Origin: an uncultured Verrucomicrobiae bacterium | GTDB lineage: Bacteria; Verrucomicrobiota; Verrucomicrobiia; Chthoniobacterales; Chthoniobacteraceae | Length of the DNA: 64,000 nt | Direction: 5' to 3' | Assembly: GCA_963828525.1 (NCBI GenBank) | Contig: CAWHEP010000005.1 | Span: 96,001-160,000 of the forward strand | Shown here: piece by piece, positions 18,407 to 29,665 of the stretch | Layout: every line of letters starts with the position of its first letter | How positions within the stretch are numbered: the first letter of the stretch is position 1 | The notes under the pieces: generated by a model | The model's database searches: none | What the model was told of the DNA's origin: nothing | The model's input: the letters and a program-made list of their open reading frames with translations, nothing else | Translations under genes and position numbers: made by a program

Positions 18407-20629
18407 ATGAGATACGCGCGTGTCATCGTCGATCAATCAGGTGGCAACGCTTTTGATTACGAGATCCCGTCTCCGCTGAAGGACGCCGTAATGGTTGGGT
18501 GTCGTGTCGCGGTGCGAGTTCGGAGCAGGAAGGTGGAGGCTACTGTCATTGACCTCATCGATGAGACCGAGGCCACTGGCGTCCGGCCCCTTGAGGGGCT
18601 CTTAAGTCCGAAACCCGTTCTCAGCGCTTGCATGATCCAGCTCGCGCGCTGGATTGCCGGCTACTATTGCTGCCCCATAGAGCCCGCCATGCGGGCGGTA
18701 CTCCCACAAGTTATCCGTGTTGGAGCGGTTCGTCAGAAGAAACAGCTCTTCGCGCGTCTGTCACGCGAGCCGGATGAGCGGGAGGGGGATGCGCTTGAGA
18801 CGAAATCACCCAGGCAGGCGGCGATCATCCAGTTCCTGCGGAACGCCAAACAACCGGTGCCTGTGGCCATTGTGGCGAAGAAGTGCGGAGCCACCCATCA
18901 GGCCTTTGACGCGCTGGTCAAGAAGGGGTTCCTCGCTATCCAACCCGAAGTCGTTCTTCGTGACCCCTTTCGTGACGAGAAGTTTCTGCCAACCACAAAC
19001 TTGTCCCTCAACGAAGAGCAGGCGGAGGTCTTCAGGATAATCCAGGAATCTGCTGGCCCCGAAGGCGCCTCGCTTCCGCTGCTCATCCATGGCGTCACCG
19101 GGAGTGGCAAGACGGAGATATACCTTCAGGCCATCCAGAGTGTGCTGTCAGCGGGACGTACTGCAATCATGCTTGTACCCGAGATCGCTCTCACCCCACA
19201 GACAGTGGAGCGCTTCAAAAGCAGATTCGCGGGTTCGCAGGAGACCGTCGCCGTCCTGCACAGCCATCTTTCCAATGGCGAGCGCCACGACGAGTGGCAC
19301 AAAATCAACGATGGGCGCGCGAGGATCGTGATAGGCGCTAGAAGCGCCATCTTCGCCCCTCTGGAGAATCTTGGTTTGATTGTGGTCGATGAGGAGCATG
19401 AGAACACTTACAAGCAGGAAGAGACGCCGCGCTACCATGCCAGGGACATCGCCGTTGTTCGCGCGCGCATGGAGAAATGCGCGATCATCCTCGGCAGCGC
19501 AACCCCCTCCATTGAGAGTTACCACAACGCGACGATCGGCAAGTATCGCCTCGTCAAACTCACGCGTCGCGTGGACGAGCATAAAATGCCGTTAATCCGG
19601 ATCATTGACATGAGGCAGGAGTCGGTGAAGCAGAAATCCCAGGCGCTCCTCTCGGAAAAGCTATGCGGAGCCATCACCAAGCGGCTGGAAAAAAGGGAGC
19701 AATCCATCCTGTTCCTAAATCGCCGCGGCTTTTCGACCTCTCTCATCTGCCACGCGTGCGGCTATGTGTGCGCGTGCCCGAACTGCAGTGTCTCCCTCAC
19801 TTTCCACCGCGCCGTGTCGAAGCTGATCTGCCACATTTGCGGTCACACCGCCGCCGCGCCCAAAACGTGTCCGGCCTGCTCTGATCCCAAGATTCGATAC
19901 GTCGGCGCGGGAACAGAAAAAGTCGAGGAAGCTGTTGGTCGGATCTTCCCGAAGGCGATCGTTCGCCGCATGGACGCTGATGCCATGACCCGGAAGGAAT
20001 CTTATCGCGAGACACTCAACGCCTTCCGCGTCGGCAAGATCGACATCCTGGTCGGCACCCAGATGATAGCCAAGGGCCTGCATTTTCCCAACGTGACTTT
20101 GGTGGGCATCATAAACGCCGATCTCGCGCTGCATCTTCCCGATTTCCGCGCGGGTGAGCGCACATTCCAGCTCCTCACACAGGTTGCTGGACGGGCGGGA
20201 CGAGGAGAGGTCGAAGGCGAGGTATTTGTCCAAAGTTTCACCCCTTTCAGCCCTGCAATCCAGTTTGCGAGGCACCATGATTTCGCGGGCTTCTGGCAAC
20301 AGGAAATTGAGTTTCGCCAACAGTGGGACTTCCCTCCCTTCGCCCACATGGTTCTCGTCACGATCCGCTCCCCGCATCAGGTAAAGGCGGGGTTTTCCGC
20401 CGAAACTTTGGCGCGCCGATTAAAGGAGGTTGTCCCCCCGAACACGGTCTTGAGCGAAGCCGCGCCCGCGCCTCTGGAAAAAAGCCACGGCAATTTCCGC
20501 TACCACGTGATGTTGCGTACTCACTCCATTCTGAAGCTAAGCCGGGTTCTTCGGGAAGTGCTGGATAAGCTCACTTTTCCCGAAGATGTCGTTGTCACGG
20601 TGGATATCGATCCGTATCAGCTCATGTAG
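18407..20629 (+). CDS. priA: Primosomal protein N' (replication restart helicase)
   Basis: GVTGSGKTEIY, DEEHE, GSATP, Cys-rich Zn motifs, GTQMIAKGLHFP, QVAGRAGR. Confidence 0.97.
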   Translation: MRYARVIVDQSGGNAFDYEIPSPLKDAVMVGCRVAVRVRSRKVEATVIDLIDETEATGVRPLEGLLSPKPVLSACMIQLARWIAGYYCCPIEPAMRAVLPQVIRVGAVRQKKQLFARLSREPDEREGDALETKSPRQAAIIQFLRNAKQPVPVAIVAKKCGATHQAFDALVKKGFLAIQPEVVLRDPFRDEKFLPTTNLSLNEEQAEVFRIIQESAGPEGASLPLLIHGVTGSGKTEIYLQAIQSVLSAGRTAIMLVPEIALTPQTVERFKSRFAGSQETVAVLHSHLSNGERHDEWHKINDGRARIVIGARSAIFAPLENLGLIVVDEEHENTYKQEETPRYHARDIAVVRARMEKCAIILGSATPSIESYHNATIGKYRLVKLTRRVDEHKMPLIRIIDMRQESVKQKSQALLSEKLCGAITKRLEKREQSILFLNRRGFSTSLICHACGYVCACPNCSVSLTFHRAVSKLICHICGHTAAAPKTCPACSDPKIRYVGAGTEKVEEAVGRIFPKAIVRRMDADAMTRKESYRETLNAFRVGKIDILVGTQMIAKGLHFPNVTLVGIINADLALHLPDFRAGERTFQLLTQVAGRAGRGEVEGEVFVQSFTPFSPAIQFARHHDFAGFWQQEIEFRQQWDFPPFAHMVLVTIRSPHQVKAGFSAETLARRLKEVVPPNTVLSEAAPAPLEKSHGNFRYHVMLRTHSILKLSRVLREVLDKLTFPEDVVVTVDIDPYQLM

Positions 20630-20641
20630 GGATCCGGAAAT

Positions 20642-21277
20642 TTACGCAACCCCACGCAGCCAGGCGGCCCACCGAAGAACAACGCACACCGCGGCAAGCA
20701 CACCCACCAGCACCAACTCTCCGCGGGCCGCGGACCAGCGGGCCTGCGATTTGGCGGCGGCGTTCCATCTGCGCAATCGTGGAACCAGTCGCGGCACTTC
20801 TTGAACATAGGTCTCGTAGAGCGCTCCGAACCGTCCGCGTAAAAACTGTTCCTCCGCGGGGATGATTGCCACGTAAAGGCACACAAACGTAGCCACATGC
20901 AGGAGTAACATCACCGGGTCCCGCAGCAGGCCGACGGCTCCAAGTCCGAGGACGATGCTGCCCAGATAGATAGGATTTCGAACGTACACGTACGGGCCAC
21001 CGGTTACCAGTGCCGGCGCTTCGATGGTGGCGGATCGCGTGTGGCCGCCGGCCGTAGCGGCGCCCCATGCGCGGAGGGCGAAGCCAGCAGCTATCAGGAG
21101 GAGTGAAAGCGCGAAGGCTGCTTGCCCGTAAACTCCGTCCCACCGCTCGGGACGTATGATGAACGCCGCGCAGACCACCCCGGATAGCCCAAGGAATAAC
21201 CGGTTCGGGAAAATTCGTCCTCCCATGCGAACAAGCCATCCGCCGGTTCCTCCCTCAGACTCCGCCGCCTGTCTCAT
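20642..21277 (-). CDS. Isoprenylcysteine carboxylmethyltransferase / PEMT family membrane protein
   Basis: LVTGGPYVYVRNPIYLG and EEQFLRGRFGALYETYVQEVPR. Confidence 0.88.
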   Translation of the reverse strand: MRQAAESEGGTGGWLVRMGGRIFPNRLFLGLSGVVCAAFIIRPERWDGVYGQAAFALSLLLIAAGFALRAWGAATAGGHTRSATIEAPALVTGGPYVYVRNPIYLGSIVLGLGAVGLLRDPVMLLLHVATFVCLYVAIIPAEEQFLRGRFGALYETYVQEVPRLVPRLRRWNAAAKSQARWSAARGELVLVGVLAAVCVVLRWAAWLRGVA

Positions 21278-21511
21278 CAGTGCCCGCCCCCGGCAACCGT
21301 CGGAGAAGAAGGGATTCCATCAGACATGCTTTCGGCATTTTACCGATTTCTTGGGTTGATCTCAAGCACTGATAAAGTTGCCTCCAAACGCGAAAAAAGT
21401 TATGTATGCGCCCTTTGCCGTGACTTTTTCCTCCCCAGTTACTTCTGTTGCCGAACGCGATTCGTTGAACATGGAGAGCAGGGCGGTGGCGCAGCCCACC
21501 AGTTTCACCTT

Positions 21512-24500
21512 ATGAAAATTCTTCTGGTGGACGAGGAGCCGGGCGTCATCCTCGCGCTCCAGGCTGCGATAGAGAACGCGACTTCTCACACGGTGCGTGG
21601 CTCGACCGGTGATCTGGCGATTGCCGCCGCGGAGGAGATGGGAGGGATCGATCTGCTGATCGCGGAAGCAGTGATGCAGCCCGTCGACGGGTTCACGCTA
21701 TCCCTGTCCCTGGGCCGCCGCTTCCCCGCCCTTCAAACACTTTTTATAACCGGTTTCGACCTGGATGGCTTCGATCACATCGTCCACGGCCGCAAGCTCC
21801 TCCTCAAGCCGCTGAATCCTGCGGAAGTGCTCCAGGCCATTGCCGAACTCCAGATCGCGCCTCCAGCGACGATCCTTTCTCTCGCGACCTCCGCCGCTGG
21901 TTCAAAGGGGGAAGATTCGCTGGAAGGCAGAATCATCGGACCTTACAGGGTCGGAATCAGGATCCGGGATGGGAAGTGGGGAGGCGTATGGAGTGCTGTG
22001 CGCGTGGCTTCGGGTCGTTCTGTTGCCCTCGAAATATTGGAACCATGGAACAACCCCGACCCCGTCCGGAAGGGCAAGTTCATTGCGGAAGCAACCGCAA
22101 AAGCGCGCATCCGTTATCCTTCGATGATTGCTTGTTATGGTTCGGAAGAGACTGGCGGCTTCACGCATTCCGCCTCCGAGCAAACGGGAGGTGTCACGCT
22201 CCAGGAGATTGCTGCTCAAGGTAAAACCATTGAGGAATCTGCCGCCTTGCGCGTCCTGCGCGTCATCGCGGAAGTGCTAAGCCATCTCTCGTCCACAGCG
22301 ACGCGGAGAACCCTGCTGGAAGCGGCGGACGTCCTCATCCGGCCGGACGGGCAGCCGATCTTGGGCAATATCATCGCCAGCGAGGGTGAAGCGCCCCCGA
22401 TCCACGCGGAGATGAGGGCCTTGGCCGGTATCGCGCGTCCGGTCACGAGAGAACCCTCTGCAGCCCTACGCGAGTTTTTCCAGCGAACGGAGCAGCAGGG
22501 TCGCGGGGGATTTGGGACGTGGGAGGCGGTTCTGAAAAACATACGTCTCCTGGAGGAGAAGGCGGCCTTAAAGCTGCCCGCTTCTCCGGCAACGGATCGA
22601 CAGCCAGAACAGCAAAAGTTTTCGGAACGCTCACCGATCAACGCCGCTCCCGTCGAAAAACTTCCCGCGTCATCGGAAGTTGCCAGCAAGCTCGCGCCAG
22701 AAGGTTCCTTGATTGCGTCTGTCGAGGCGCCCATCCCCCAAGCCGAGGCCGCGACGAAGCCTCGAACTTCGATTTCCCTGGCGGTCCCGGCGCGGGTTGC
22801 GTCTATCTGGCGGAAGCGGCGCTCCTGGATTTTGCCTGCGACAGCAGGTCTTGCTTCCATCCTGGCCTTGGTGCTCCTCGAACAATCGGTGAACAAACGC
22901 GCCCCTGCCGATGTGATGGTGGAAATCCCGGCGGGAGAATTCATCTATCAAGATAAGGAAAAGCTGAATCTTCCCACGTTTTGGATCGACCGATGCGAGG
23001 TAACAATCGGTCAATACGCAGAGTTTCTGGAATCCCTCTCAAAGCAGCCAACCGTTGCGTTCGATTACCCCTCACAGCCGCGCGGGAAAACCTCGCACGA
23101 GCCTCGGAACTGGCAGACTTTATACAAGGCCGCCAAAGAGCATGGCCGGCTGGAAAGCACCCCAATAGGCCTCAACAGTCCGGTCTTTCTTGTGGATTGG
23201 TATGACGCTTATGCTTACGCGAAGTGGAAGAGCCGCAGGCTCCCGACGGAGATGGAGTGGGAGAAAGCCGCCCGTGGCCCGAATGGCTTCCTGTATCCTT
23301 GGGGGAATGTCTTCGACCCCAAAAATTGCAATTCGGGCGCCGACTATAGCGATGACCCCAAGGCGAAGGGTTCTGTGGACGGATACAATCGCTGGAGCCC
23401 CGTGGCGGCAATCCAGGCGGATCGCAGCGTATATGGTGTTATCGGCATGGCGGGGAATGTGTCCGAATGGACAGGCTCGTACGACGCGGTGGCCAAATTG
23501 CCGGTCGTTCGCGGCGGAAGCTACCACGCGCCCGTCGTCTCGCTGGTTGCCCGTTCGATGATGGCGCCCGGAGAAGCATCTGAATATGTAGGTTTCCGCA
23601 CTGTCACCGATACTCGCCCGCTACCACGGGAGTCGCTTTTCTCGGGAGTCACCGCGCGGCTCGCGCGCTCACCGCAGGTAGATGAAGCGGATGCGAGACA
23701 CCATGAACAAAGGGGCGCTTCCGAGTATACGAACGGTGATATTCACCGCTCCGTCGCTGACTTCAACGCTGCCGCGCAGTTGAGCCCCGCAAACGCCCAG
23801 ATCTATGCCGGGCGCGGGCTGGCCAGGGCCGATGCTGGTGATGTGGACGGTGCCTTGGCCGATCTGAATAGAGCGGTGGAACTCGATCCCGCGCAAGCGG
23901 TCACCTATAACAGCAGAGGCCTTGTCCGGGACGCGGCTGGAGATTGGCAGGGCGCCATCGCCGAGTTCAGCAAAGCCATCGAACTCAATCCCGGATACGC
24001 GGACGCCCTGAACGGACGGGGTAATGCCAGACAGTCTGCTGGCGATTTGGCGGGAGCGGTGGCCGATTACAACCAAGCGCTGAAACTCAACCCCGGTTTT
24101 GCCACTGTTTACAGCAACCGGGGCGCGGCCGAACAAGCGATGCATCAACTGGATTCGGCCATTGCGGACTACGATCGCGCGGTGGCGATGAATCCTAAAA
24201 ACGCGCGGGCTTACATGAACCGCGGAAACGCCAAGAGGGACAAGGGAGACTTGTCCGGAGCGTTGGCGGATTTCGACCGTGCAATCGAAATCGACCCCCG
24301 GGAGGTTGAAGCCGCTTATGGAAGCCGAGGCATCATTAAGAGCGCTTCGGGCGATCTCACCGGGGCTCTTTCTGATTTCGACCATGCGATTGCGTTGAAC
24401 CCGAAGGATCCGAAAACCTTTAGAAACCGGGGAAACACGAGGTTTCTTAGAGGCGACGCCACCGGGGCGATCTCAGATTACACGCAAGCCATCAATCTGA

Positions 24501-25210
24501 ACCCGAAGAGCGACGCAAACTATGACAGCCGCGGCCGCGCGGAATTCACGGTCGGCAAACTGGAGGACGCCATCAGCGATTTCGGGAAGGCGATCGCGAT
24601 AAACGCGAAGGAGGCGCAATATTTCTACCATCGCGGACTCGCCAAGGACGCGGAGCATGGCACGGATGATCCCCTACCGGATTACGACCGCGCAATAGCC
24701 CTGAATTCAAAATACACGGAAGCATTCGTCAGCAGGGGCATTGTTAAACTGATCAAGCGTGATCTCGATGGCGCGTTGTCCGATTTTAACACGCTCATCG
24801 ACCTCGATTCCAACAATGCGAACGCTTACTTTTTTCGCGGCACCGCGAAAGCAGCTCAAGGCGATCTCATCGGCGCCGTCGCGGCCTACAGTCACGCCAT
24901 CGAGATCAATCCCAAGCACGCGGACGCCTACTTTTTGCGAGGAAACGCCAGGGCAGGTCGCCGGGATTTCAGTGGCGCGATTGAGGATTTCAACCACGCG
25001 ATCGAGATAAACCCGCAATCCCCCGCTGTTTTTCGCCAGCGCGCGAGCGTGGAGCTCACGCAGGGAGACCGGCCCCGCGCGATCGATGATTTTCGCCGCG
25101 CTCTGGAGTTGAACCCTCGGGACGACGAAGCGAAAGCGGAACTCAAGGCGTTGGATGACTCACCTTCGTCTCCGGCATCTACTCCGGCGCCTACAGCATC
25201 TGCTCGATGA
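21512..25210 (+). CDS. Multidomain membrane protein: pseudo-receiver, pseudokinase, TM, FGE-sulfatase-like domain, long TPR array
   Basis: MKILLVDEE...DLLIAE...LLKP; GPYRV...GKWGGVW...SVALEIL; TM WILPATAGLASILALVLL; EVTIGQY, RLPTEMEWEKAARG, GNVSEW, RGGSY, GFR; about 15 repeats of type A.ADY..AI.LNP..A..Y.NRG. Confidence 0.88.
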   Translation: MKILLVDEEPGVILALQAAIENATSHTVRGSTGDLAIAAAEEMGGIDLLIAEAVMQPVDGFTLSLSLGRRFPALQTLFITGFDLDGFDHIVHGRKLLLKPLNPAEVLQAIAELQIAPPATILSLATSAAGSKGEDSLEGRIIGPYRVGIRIRDGKWGGVWSAVRVASGRSVALEILEPWNNPDPVRKGKFIAEATAKARIRYPSMIACYGSEETGGFTHSASEQTGGVTLQEIAAQGKTIEESAALRVLRVIAEVLSHLSSTATRRTLLEAADVLIRPDGQPILGNIIASEGEAPPIHAEMRALAGIARPVTREPSAALREFFQRTEQQGRGGFGTWEAVLKNIRLLEEKAALKLPASPATDRQPEQQKFSERSPINAAPVEKLPASSEVASKLAPEGSLIASVEAPIPQAEAATKPRTSISLAVPARVASIWRKRRSWILPATAGLASILALVLLEQSVNKRAPADVMVEIPAGEFIYQDKEKLNLPTFWIDRCEVTIGQYAEFLESLSKQPTVAFDYPSQPRGKTSHEPRNWQTLYKAAKEHGRLESTPIGLNSPVFLVDWYDAYAYAKWKSRRLPTEMEWEKAARGPNGFLYPWGNVFDPKNCNSGADYSDDPKAKGSVDGYNRWSPVAAIQADRSVYGVIGMAGNVSEWTGSYDAVAKLPVVRGGSYHAPVVSLVARSMMAPGEASEYVGFRTVTDTRPLPRESLFSGVTARLARSPQVDEADARHHEQRGASEYTNGDIHRSVADFNAAAQLSPANAQIYAGRGLARADAGDVDGALADLNRAVELDPAQAVTYNSRGLVRDAAGDWQGAIAEFSKAIELNPGYADALNGRGNARQSAGDLAGAVADYNQALKLNPGFATVYSNRGAAEQAMHQLDSAIADYDRAVAMNPKNARAYMNRGNAKRDKGDLSGALADFDRAIEIDPREVEAAYGSRGIIKSASGDLTGALSDFDHAIALNPKDPKTFRNRGNTRFLRGDATGAISDYTQAINLNPKSDANYDSRGRAEFTVGKLEDAISDFGKAIAINAKEAQYFYHRGLAKDAEHGTDDPLPDYDRAIALNSKYTEAFVSRGIVKLIKRDLDGALSDFNTLIDLDSNNANAYFFRGTAKAAQGDLIGAVAAYSHAIEINPKHADAYFLRGNARAGRRDFSGAIEDFNHAIEINPQSPAVFRQRASVELTQGDRPRAIDDFRRALELNPRDDEAKAELKALDDSPSSPASTPAPTASAR

Positions 25211-26036
25211 ACGTTCGTCCGTCGAATTGGGCGAACTGATCGATCTTCTCTCCCGTGCCAATGAAACGGGTGGGTATGCCGAGTTCGTTTTGGATGGCGA
25301 TCACAACTCCCCCTTTGCCGCTTCCGTCAAGTTTGGTAACGATCACTCCCGTGAGGCCGATCGCCTGATGGAATTCGCGGGCCTGCGAGAGCGCGTTGCT
25401 TCCTGTGGTGGCGTCCACCACTAGCAGGCTTTCATGCGGAGCGGCCGGGTCGTGCTTTGCCAGCGACCGTTTTATCTTCTCCAGTTCCCCCATGAGGTTG
25501 ATCTTCGTATGCAACCTCCCTGCCGTGTCGCACAGAAGAAATTCAACGTTCTTGCGATCCGCCGCGACATACGCGTCGTAGCAAAGCGCCGCCGGGTCGG
25601 CGTTGTATTGCCCGCGCGTCATCTCCACCCCGGCTCGCTCCGCCCAAATGCCGAGTTGCTCAATGGCCGCGGCTCGGAACGTATCCGCCGCCGCGAGCAT
25701 CACGGAGTGCCTGTTCGACTTCAAAAAATAAGCGAGCTTGGCCGTGGATGTCGTCTTCCCGGTGCCGTTCACTCCCACAATGAGGATCGCCTTTGGCTTC
25801 GAGGGCAGCGGTCTAAGCGAAAGACTTTCCAATGGCAGCACGCGAGCAATTTCCGCTCGCGCGACCTCCACCACATCCAGCGAGGTGATCTTTTCTCTGA
25901 GCCGCAAAGCAGCGAGGATTTTGAGGGTCATTGGGACCCCGAGATCCGAGCGGATCAGCGCCTCCTCGAGATCATCCCAATCCACCGGCTTCCCGGTGAA
26001 TTTCTCAATGAGCGATTTGAAAAAGCCGAGCGCCAT
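25191..26036 (-). CDS. ftsY: Signal recognition particle receptor (NG domain only)
   Basis: [31 protein letters not shown]. Confidence 0.97.
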   Translation of the reverse strand: MALGFFKSLIEKFTGKPVDWDDLEEALIRSDLGVPMTLKILAALRLREKITSLDVVEVARAEIARVLPLESLSLRPLPSKPKAILIVGVNGTGKTTSTAKLAYFLKSNRHSVMLAAADTFRAAAIEQLGIWAERAGVEMTRGQYNADPAALCYDAYVAADRKNVEFLLCDTAGRLHTKINLMGELEKIKRSLAKHDPAAPHESLLVVDATTGSNALSQAREFHQAIGLTGVIVTKLDGSGKGGVVIAIQNELGIPTRFIGTGEKIDQFAQFDGRTFIEQML

Positions 26037-26038
26037 CG

Positions 26039-26473
26039 TTACTCCGACGCCGTTGCCGCGCGCGCGCGCGGCGCGAGATCCTGCCGGATCCTGTCCAGAA
26101 TTCCGTTCACGAATCTCCCCGAATCCTCAGATCCAAAGCGTTTGGCAATCTCTATCGCTTCGTTGATCGCGACCACAGGAGGGACATCCTCACAGAACAG
26201 CATCTCGTATATCGCTACTCGCAGAATGTTCCGATCCACGGCCGCGATCCTGTTGATCGCGTAATTATTCGCGTATTTGCTGATCCGCTCGTCGATCTCA
26301 ACCTGGTTCTTTAGCGCTCCATTGATCAGACTGTCGGAAAAATCGCGGGTGCCTTTCCCTGCGGGACGCAAATCCCAAAACTCATCAGTGGCCGCGGCAT
26401 GGCCCTCCGGGTTCAAGTCGCGTTGGAAGAGAAACTGGATGGCTGCCTCGCGGCTCTCGCGGCGCTTACCCAT
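26039..26473 (-). CDS. nusB: Transcription antitermination factor NusB
   Basis: RRESREAAIQFLF, VDRNILR, VAINEAIEIAKRFG...FVNGILD. Confidence 0.97.
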   Translation of the reverse strand: MGKRRESREAAIQFLFQRDLNPEGHAAATDEFWDLRPAGKGTRDFSDSLINGALKNQVEIDERISKYANNYAINRIAAVDRNILRVAIYEMLFCEDVPPVVAINEAIEIAKRFGSEDSGRFVNGILDRIRQDLAPRARAATASE

Positions 26474-26957
26474 GGGGCGTCCCGCGACCCTTCAATTCGG
26501 AGAAAAGATGCGCCATTCGCACTGCCGTTCGTGCCGCTTCCACGCCCCGGTTTAGCTCTTTGCCGAGACAGCGCGCCTTGGCCTGCTCCGCGCTGCTTAC
26601 CAGTAATACCTCGTGGATCACAGGTATCCGGAAACGCAGCGCCAGTCGCATCAACGTCTGGGAAACTGTTTGTCCGATGTGATCCGCGTGCCGCGTCTCC
26701 CCTTCAATGATGACACCGAACGCGATGATAGCGTCCACTCCGCCGCGCTCCGCCAACTCTTGCACGAGGAGGGGGATCTCGAACGCGCCAGGAACCTCGT
26801 AGATTGACAAAGCGCCCCCGGGACAGATATCCGCCAGTTCTTCCCTTGCGTGCTCCACCAGGCCGTCCACATATTCCGCGTTGTACTGGCTCGCGACGAT
26901 GGCAAACGCGCGCCGCTGCGTCATATTCCGCGGTTTGGTGGGCAGCATGTTAGACAT
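26466..26957 (-). CDS. ribH: 6,7-dimethyl-8-ribityllumazine synthase
   Basis: IVASQYN, VPGAFEIP, GVIIEGETRH, and its position in the ribBA-ribH-nusB operon. Confidence 0.93.
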   Translation of the reverse strand: MSNMLPTKPRNMTQRRAFAIVASQYNAEYVDGLVEHAREELADICPGGALSIYEVPGAFEIPLLVQELAERGGVDAIIAFGVIIEGETRHADHIGQTVSQTLMRLALRFRIPVIHEVLLVSSAEQAKARCLGKELNRGVEAARTAVRMAHLFSELKGRGTPHG

Positions 26958-27025
26958 GGGAGGAGCAGTAAACGAGCGCGAGTGGCGGATGGCAACCTGT
27001 TTCACCAACCCGCTGAGATGCGGAA

Positions 27026-28225
27026 TTACAGCAAGTGTCCCATCTTTTCCCGCTTGGTCTCCAGATATTTCTCGTTATGCGGATTAGCGGCAAACTTGAT
27101 CGGAGCGACTTCGACCAGTTCGAGCCCATACCCCTCCAGCCCCACCACCTTTCTGGGGTTGTTCGTCAGGAACCGCATCCGCCCAACCCCGAGATCAACG
27201 AGAATTTGCGCCCCGATCCCGTAGTCTCTCAGTTCGGGCGGAAATCCGAGCTTCTCGTTGGCCTCCACCGTGTCGAGACCCTCCTCCTGCAGCTTGTACG
27301 CGTGGATCTTCGCGGGCAGTCCGATCCCGCGTCCTTCCTGCCGCATATAGATTAAGACGCCATTTCCCGCGGCTTCTATTTGCTGGAGCGCTGTTCGCAA
27401 CTGGTTGCCGCAATCGCATCGCATGGAGCCGAAGACATCGCCGGTAAGGCACTCGCTGTGTACTCGGACGAGTGTCACCTGGTCTTTATCGATCTCTCCC
27501 TTCACCAAGGCCAGGTGGTGCGCGTTATCGACCAGGGACTTGTACATGTGAAGCATGAACTCCCCATACTCTGTCGGCAGCTTCACGACCTGCTCCTTGC
27601 TCACCAGCTTCTCGCGCAGCCGCCGGTATCTAATGAGATCCTGTATCGTGCAGATTTTGAGTCCGTGTTTCTTTTTAAGGGCCAGCAATTCAGGCACGCG
27701 CGCCATCGCCACGTCATGAAGTATTTCACAGATGACTCCCGCGGGGGCCAGTCCCGCGAGTCGCGCGAGATCGATGGACGCTTCCGTATGCCCAGCGCGC
27801 CGGAGCACACCGCCAGGTCTGGCTTGCAACGGGAATACGTGCCCCGGTTGGTTCAGATCATCGGGCTTCGATAGTGGATCGACGAGTACCTTGATCGTTG
27901 TGGCCCTGTCAGACGCGCTGATCCCTGTGCTTACGCCTCGCGCGGCGTCCACAGAAACTGTAAAATCCGTCTTCTGGCTCTCTCTATTATGTAGAACCAT
28001 TCTCTGCAGACCCAGATCCTTGGCCCGCTCCTCGGTGATTGGCGCGCAGATCAACCCGCGTCCATGCGTCGCCATAAAGTTCACCGCCTCGGGCGTCACC
28101 TTTTCAGCCGCCATGACGAGGTCACCCTCGTTCTCCCGGCTCTCGTCGTCGGTTACGATGACCATCCTGCCTGCTCGAATCTCCTCGATGGCATCTTCGA
28201 TACTGTCGAACTCATTCATCCGCAT
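27026..28225 (-). CDS. ribBA: Bifunctional DHBP synthase / GTP cyclohydrolase II
   Basis: [52 protein letters not shown]. Confidence 0.97.
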   Translation of the reverse strand: MRMNEFDSIEDAIEEIRAGRMVIVTDDESRENEGDLVMAAEKVTPEAVNFMATHGRGLICAPITEERAKDLGLQRMVLHNRESQKTDFTVSVDAARGVSTGISASDRATTIKVLVDPLSKPDDLNQPGHVFPLQARPGGVLRRAGHTEASIDLARLAGLAPAGVICEILHDVAMARVPELLALKKKHGLKICTIQDLIRYRRLREKLVSKEQVVKLPTEYGEFMLHMYKSLVDNAHHLALVKGEIDKDQVTLVRVHSECLTGDVFGSMRCDCGNQLRTALQQIEAAGNGVLIYMRQEGRGIGLPAKIHAYKLQEEGLDTVEANEKLGFPPELRDYGIGAQILVDLGVGRMRFLTNNPRKVVGLEGYGLELVEVAPIKFAANPHNEKYLETKREKMGHLL

Positions 28226-28269
28226 CGACTATGCGCCATGCCGAAGCTTGCCACAACAGCCTAGTGTCC

Positions 28270-28300
28270 AACAGAGGCACGGTACAGTCGTGCCTCCGTT
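28270..28300. terminator. Hairpin after the hisS stop; possible terminator
   Basis: aac-a-gaggcacg-gtacagt-cgtgcctc-c-gtt, with only a weak U tail. Confidence 0.45.
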
Positions 28301-28304
28301 AATT

Positions 28305-29573
28305 TTAGCGAAGCGTCCCGGCGTCGCCTAGCAACCCGCGCAAGTTCTCCATCAACTCTGCCGCGGGCAGCCGCCGTTCCTCGCGAGTTGCGAGATTCTT
28401 GATTTTCACTTCCGGCCATTCATCGCCATACAATACCGCCAGCCCTGCTCCGGCTTGTTCCGCGCTTTGGAACTGCTTGCCCACCTTCGAGGGGGCAAGC
28501 GGATACTGAACCCGGTAGCCCGCTTCGCGCATCTTCTGGGTTCCCGCCATCGCGTCGCTCCGCCGCTCTTCTTGCGCGATTACAACGAAGATTTCCGCGC
28601 CCGCTTCGCTCCATTGATCCCTGAGCGCGCTGGCCCGCGGTGTTGCGGCGATCAACTCTCCGAGAACCACATCTCCCATCCCGAACCCGAGAGCGGGCAT
28701 GCTGACCGAGCCGTCACTCATATCACGCAAGAGGTTGTCATACCGGCCTCCTCCTGCCATGCGCTCGCAACTTTTTGCCGCGGTCAAAAACCTCGAACAC
28801 CAGCCCCGTATAATACGCGAGACCCCGGACGATCATGGGATCGAATTGGTAGTAGCCCTCCATCCCTCGCGCGCGCAGATCGTCTGCAAGTTGGTTGAAG
28901 CGCTCGAAATGCTCGCCGGGCCGCGCGATGAATCCCCGCGCCTCCTCGAGCGTAACGCCAAATTCGCTAAGCTTGGCCTCAATAACGTTCGGGGCCTCTC
29001 GCTCCATTTTGTCGATCACTTGCAGGAATGGCCCTCCGCGCTCAACGGGATCGACACCTTTCGCGGTTAAGAAGGAGAACCAGGCATTTCGGTCGCTTAA
29101 CCGGACAACAAAATCCTTCTCGGTGAAACCGAATTCGCGCAGGAGATCGATGGTCAGCGCGATCATCTCCGCGTCCGCGGAAATGGATGATTCCCCAATG
29201 ATGTCGCAGTTTAGTTGATAGAATTCGCGCGACCTGCCTCTTTGCTGCTTCTCGTATCGAAAAAATTGGGAGGCGCTGAACCACTTCAGCGGTTTGCGGA
29301 AATCCCGCTCTCGGGCGACCACCATGCGCGCGAGAGTCGGCGTCATTTCCGGACGCATGGCGACCTCTCGCCCTCCTTTATCCACAAAATCAAAAGCTGA
29401 CCGACGATCTCCCCTCCGCTTTTCTTGCGATACAGTTCTGTGCTCTCGAGAACAGGGCCGTCATACTCTACAAATCCGTAGCGAAGGGCCACGGCGCGCC
29501 AGCGGGAGAGGATGTAGTTGCGCCGCGCGCAGTCCTCCGGATAGAAATCGCGGAAACCGGGTAGTGCCTGCAT
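28305..29573 (-). CDS. hisS: Histidine--tRNA ligase (frameshifts near 29390 and 28760)
   Basis: LPGFRDFYP, MRPEMTP, FRYEKQQRGRSREFYQLNCD, IVRGLAYYTG, GGGRYDNL, ALGFGMG. Confidence 0.95.
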
Positions 29574-29665
29574 ATCGAGCCACGCACTTTACGCGGGGCA
29601 TAGCCTGATGCACTACTTCTTTCTGCGCGACGGGCCGACCGCGCCGCGAGGTTCGCGTCCAGAGC

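Noticed and set aside
22900..23620. FGE-type C-type-lectin domain as a diversity-generating retroelement target
   Set aside because: No reverse transcriptase and no second near-copy (template repeat) of this region were seen in the window, and the domain is internal rather than C-terminal.
23680..25150. Repetitive DNA suggesting an array
   Set aside because: These are degenerate 34-aa TPR coding repeats, not CRISPR or tandem DNA repeats.
28226..28304. FMN riboswitch upstream of ribBA
   Set aside because: The gap is only ~80 nt and lacks the conserved FMN aptamer motifs.
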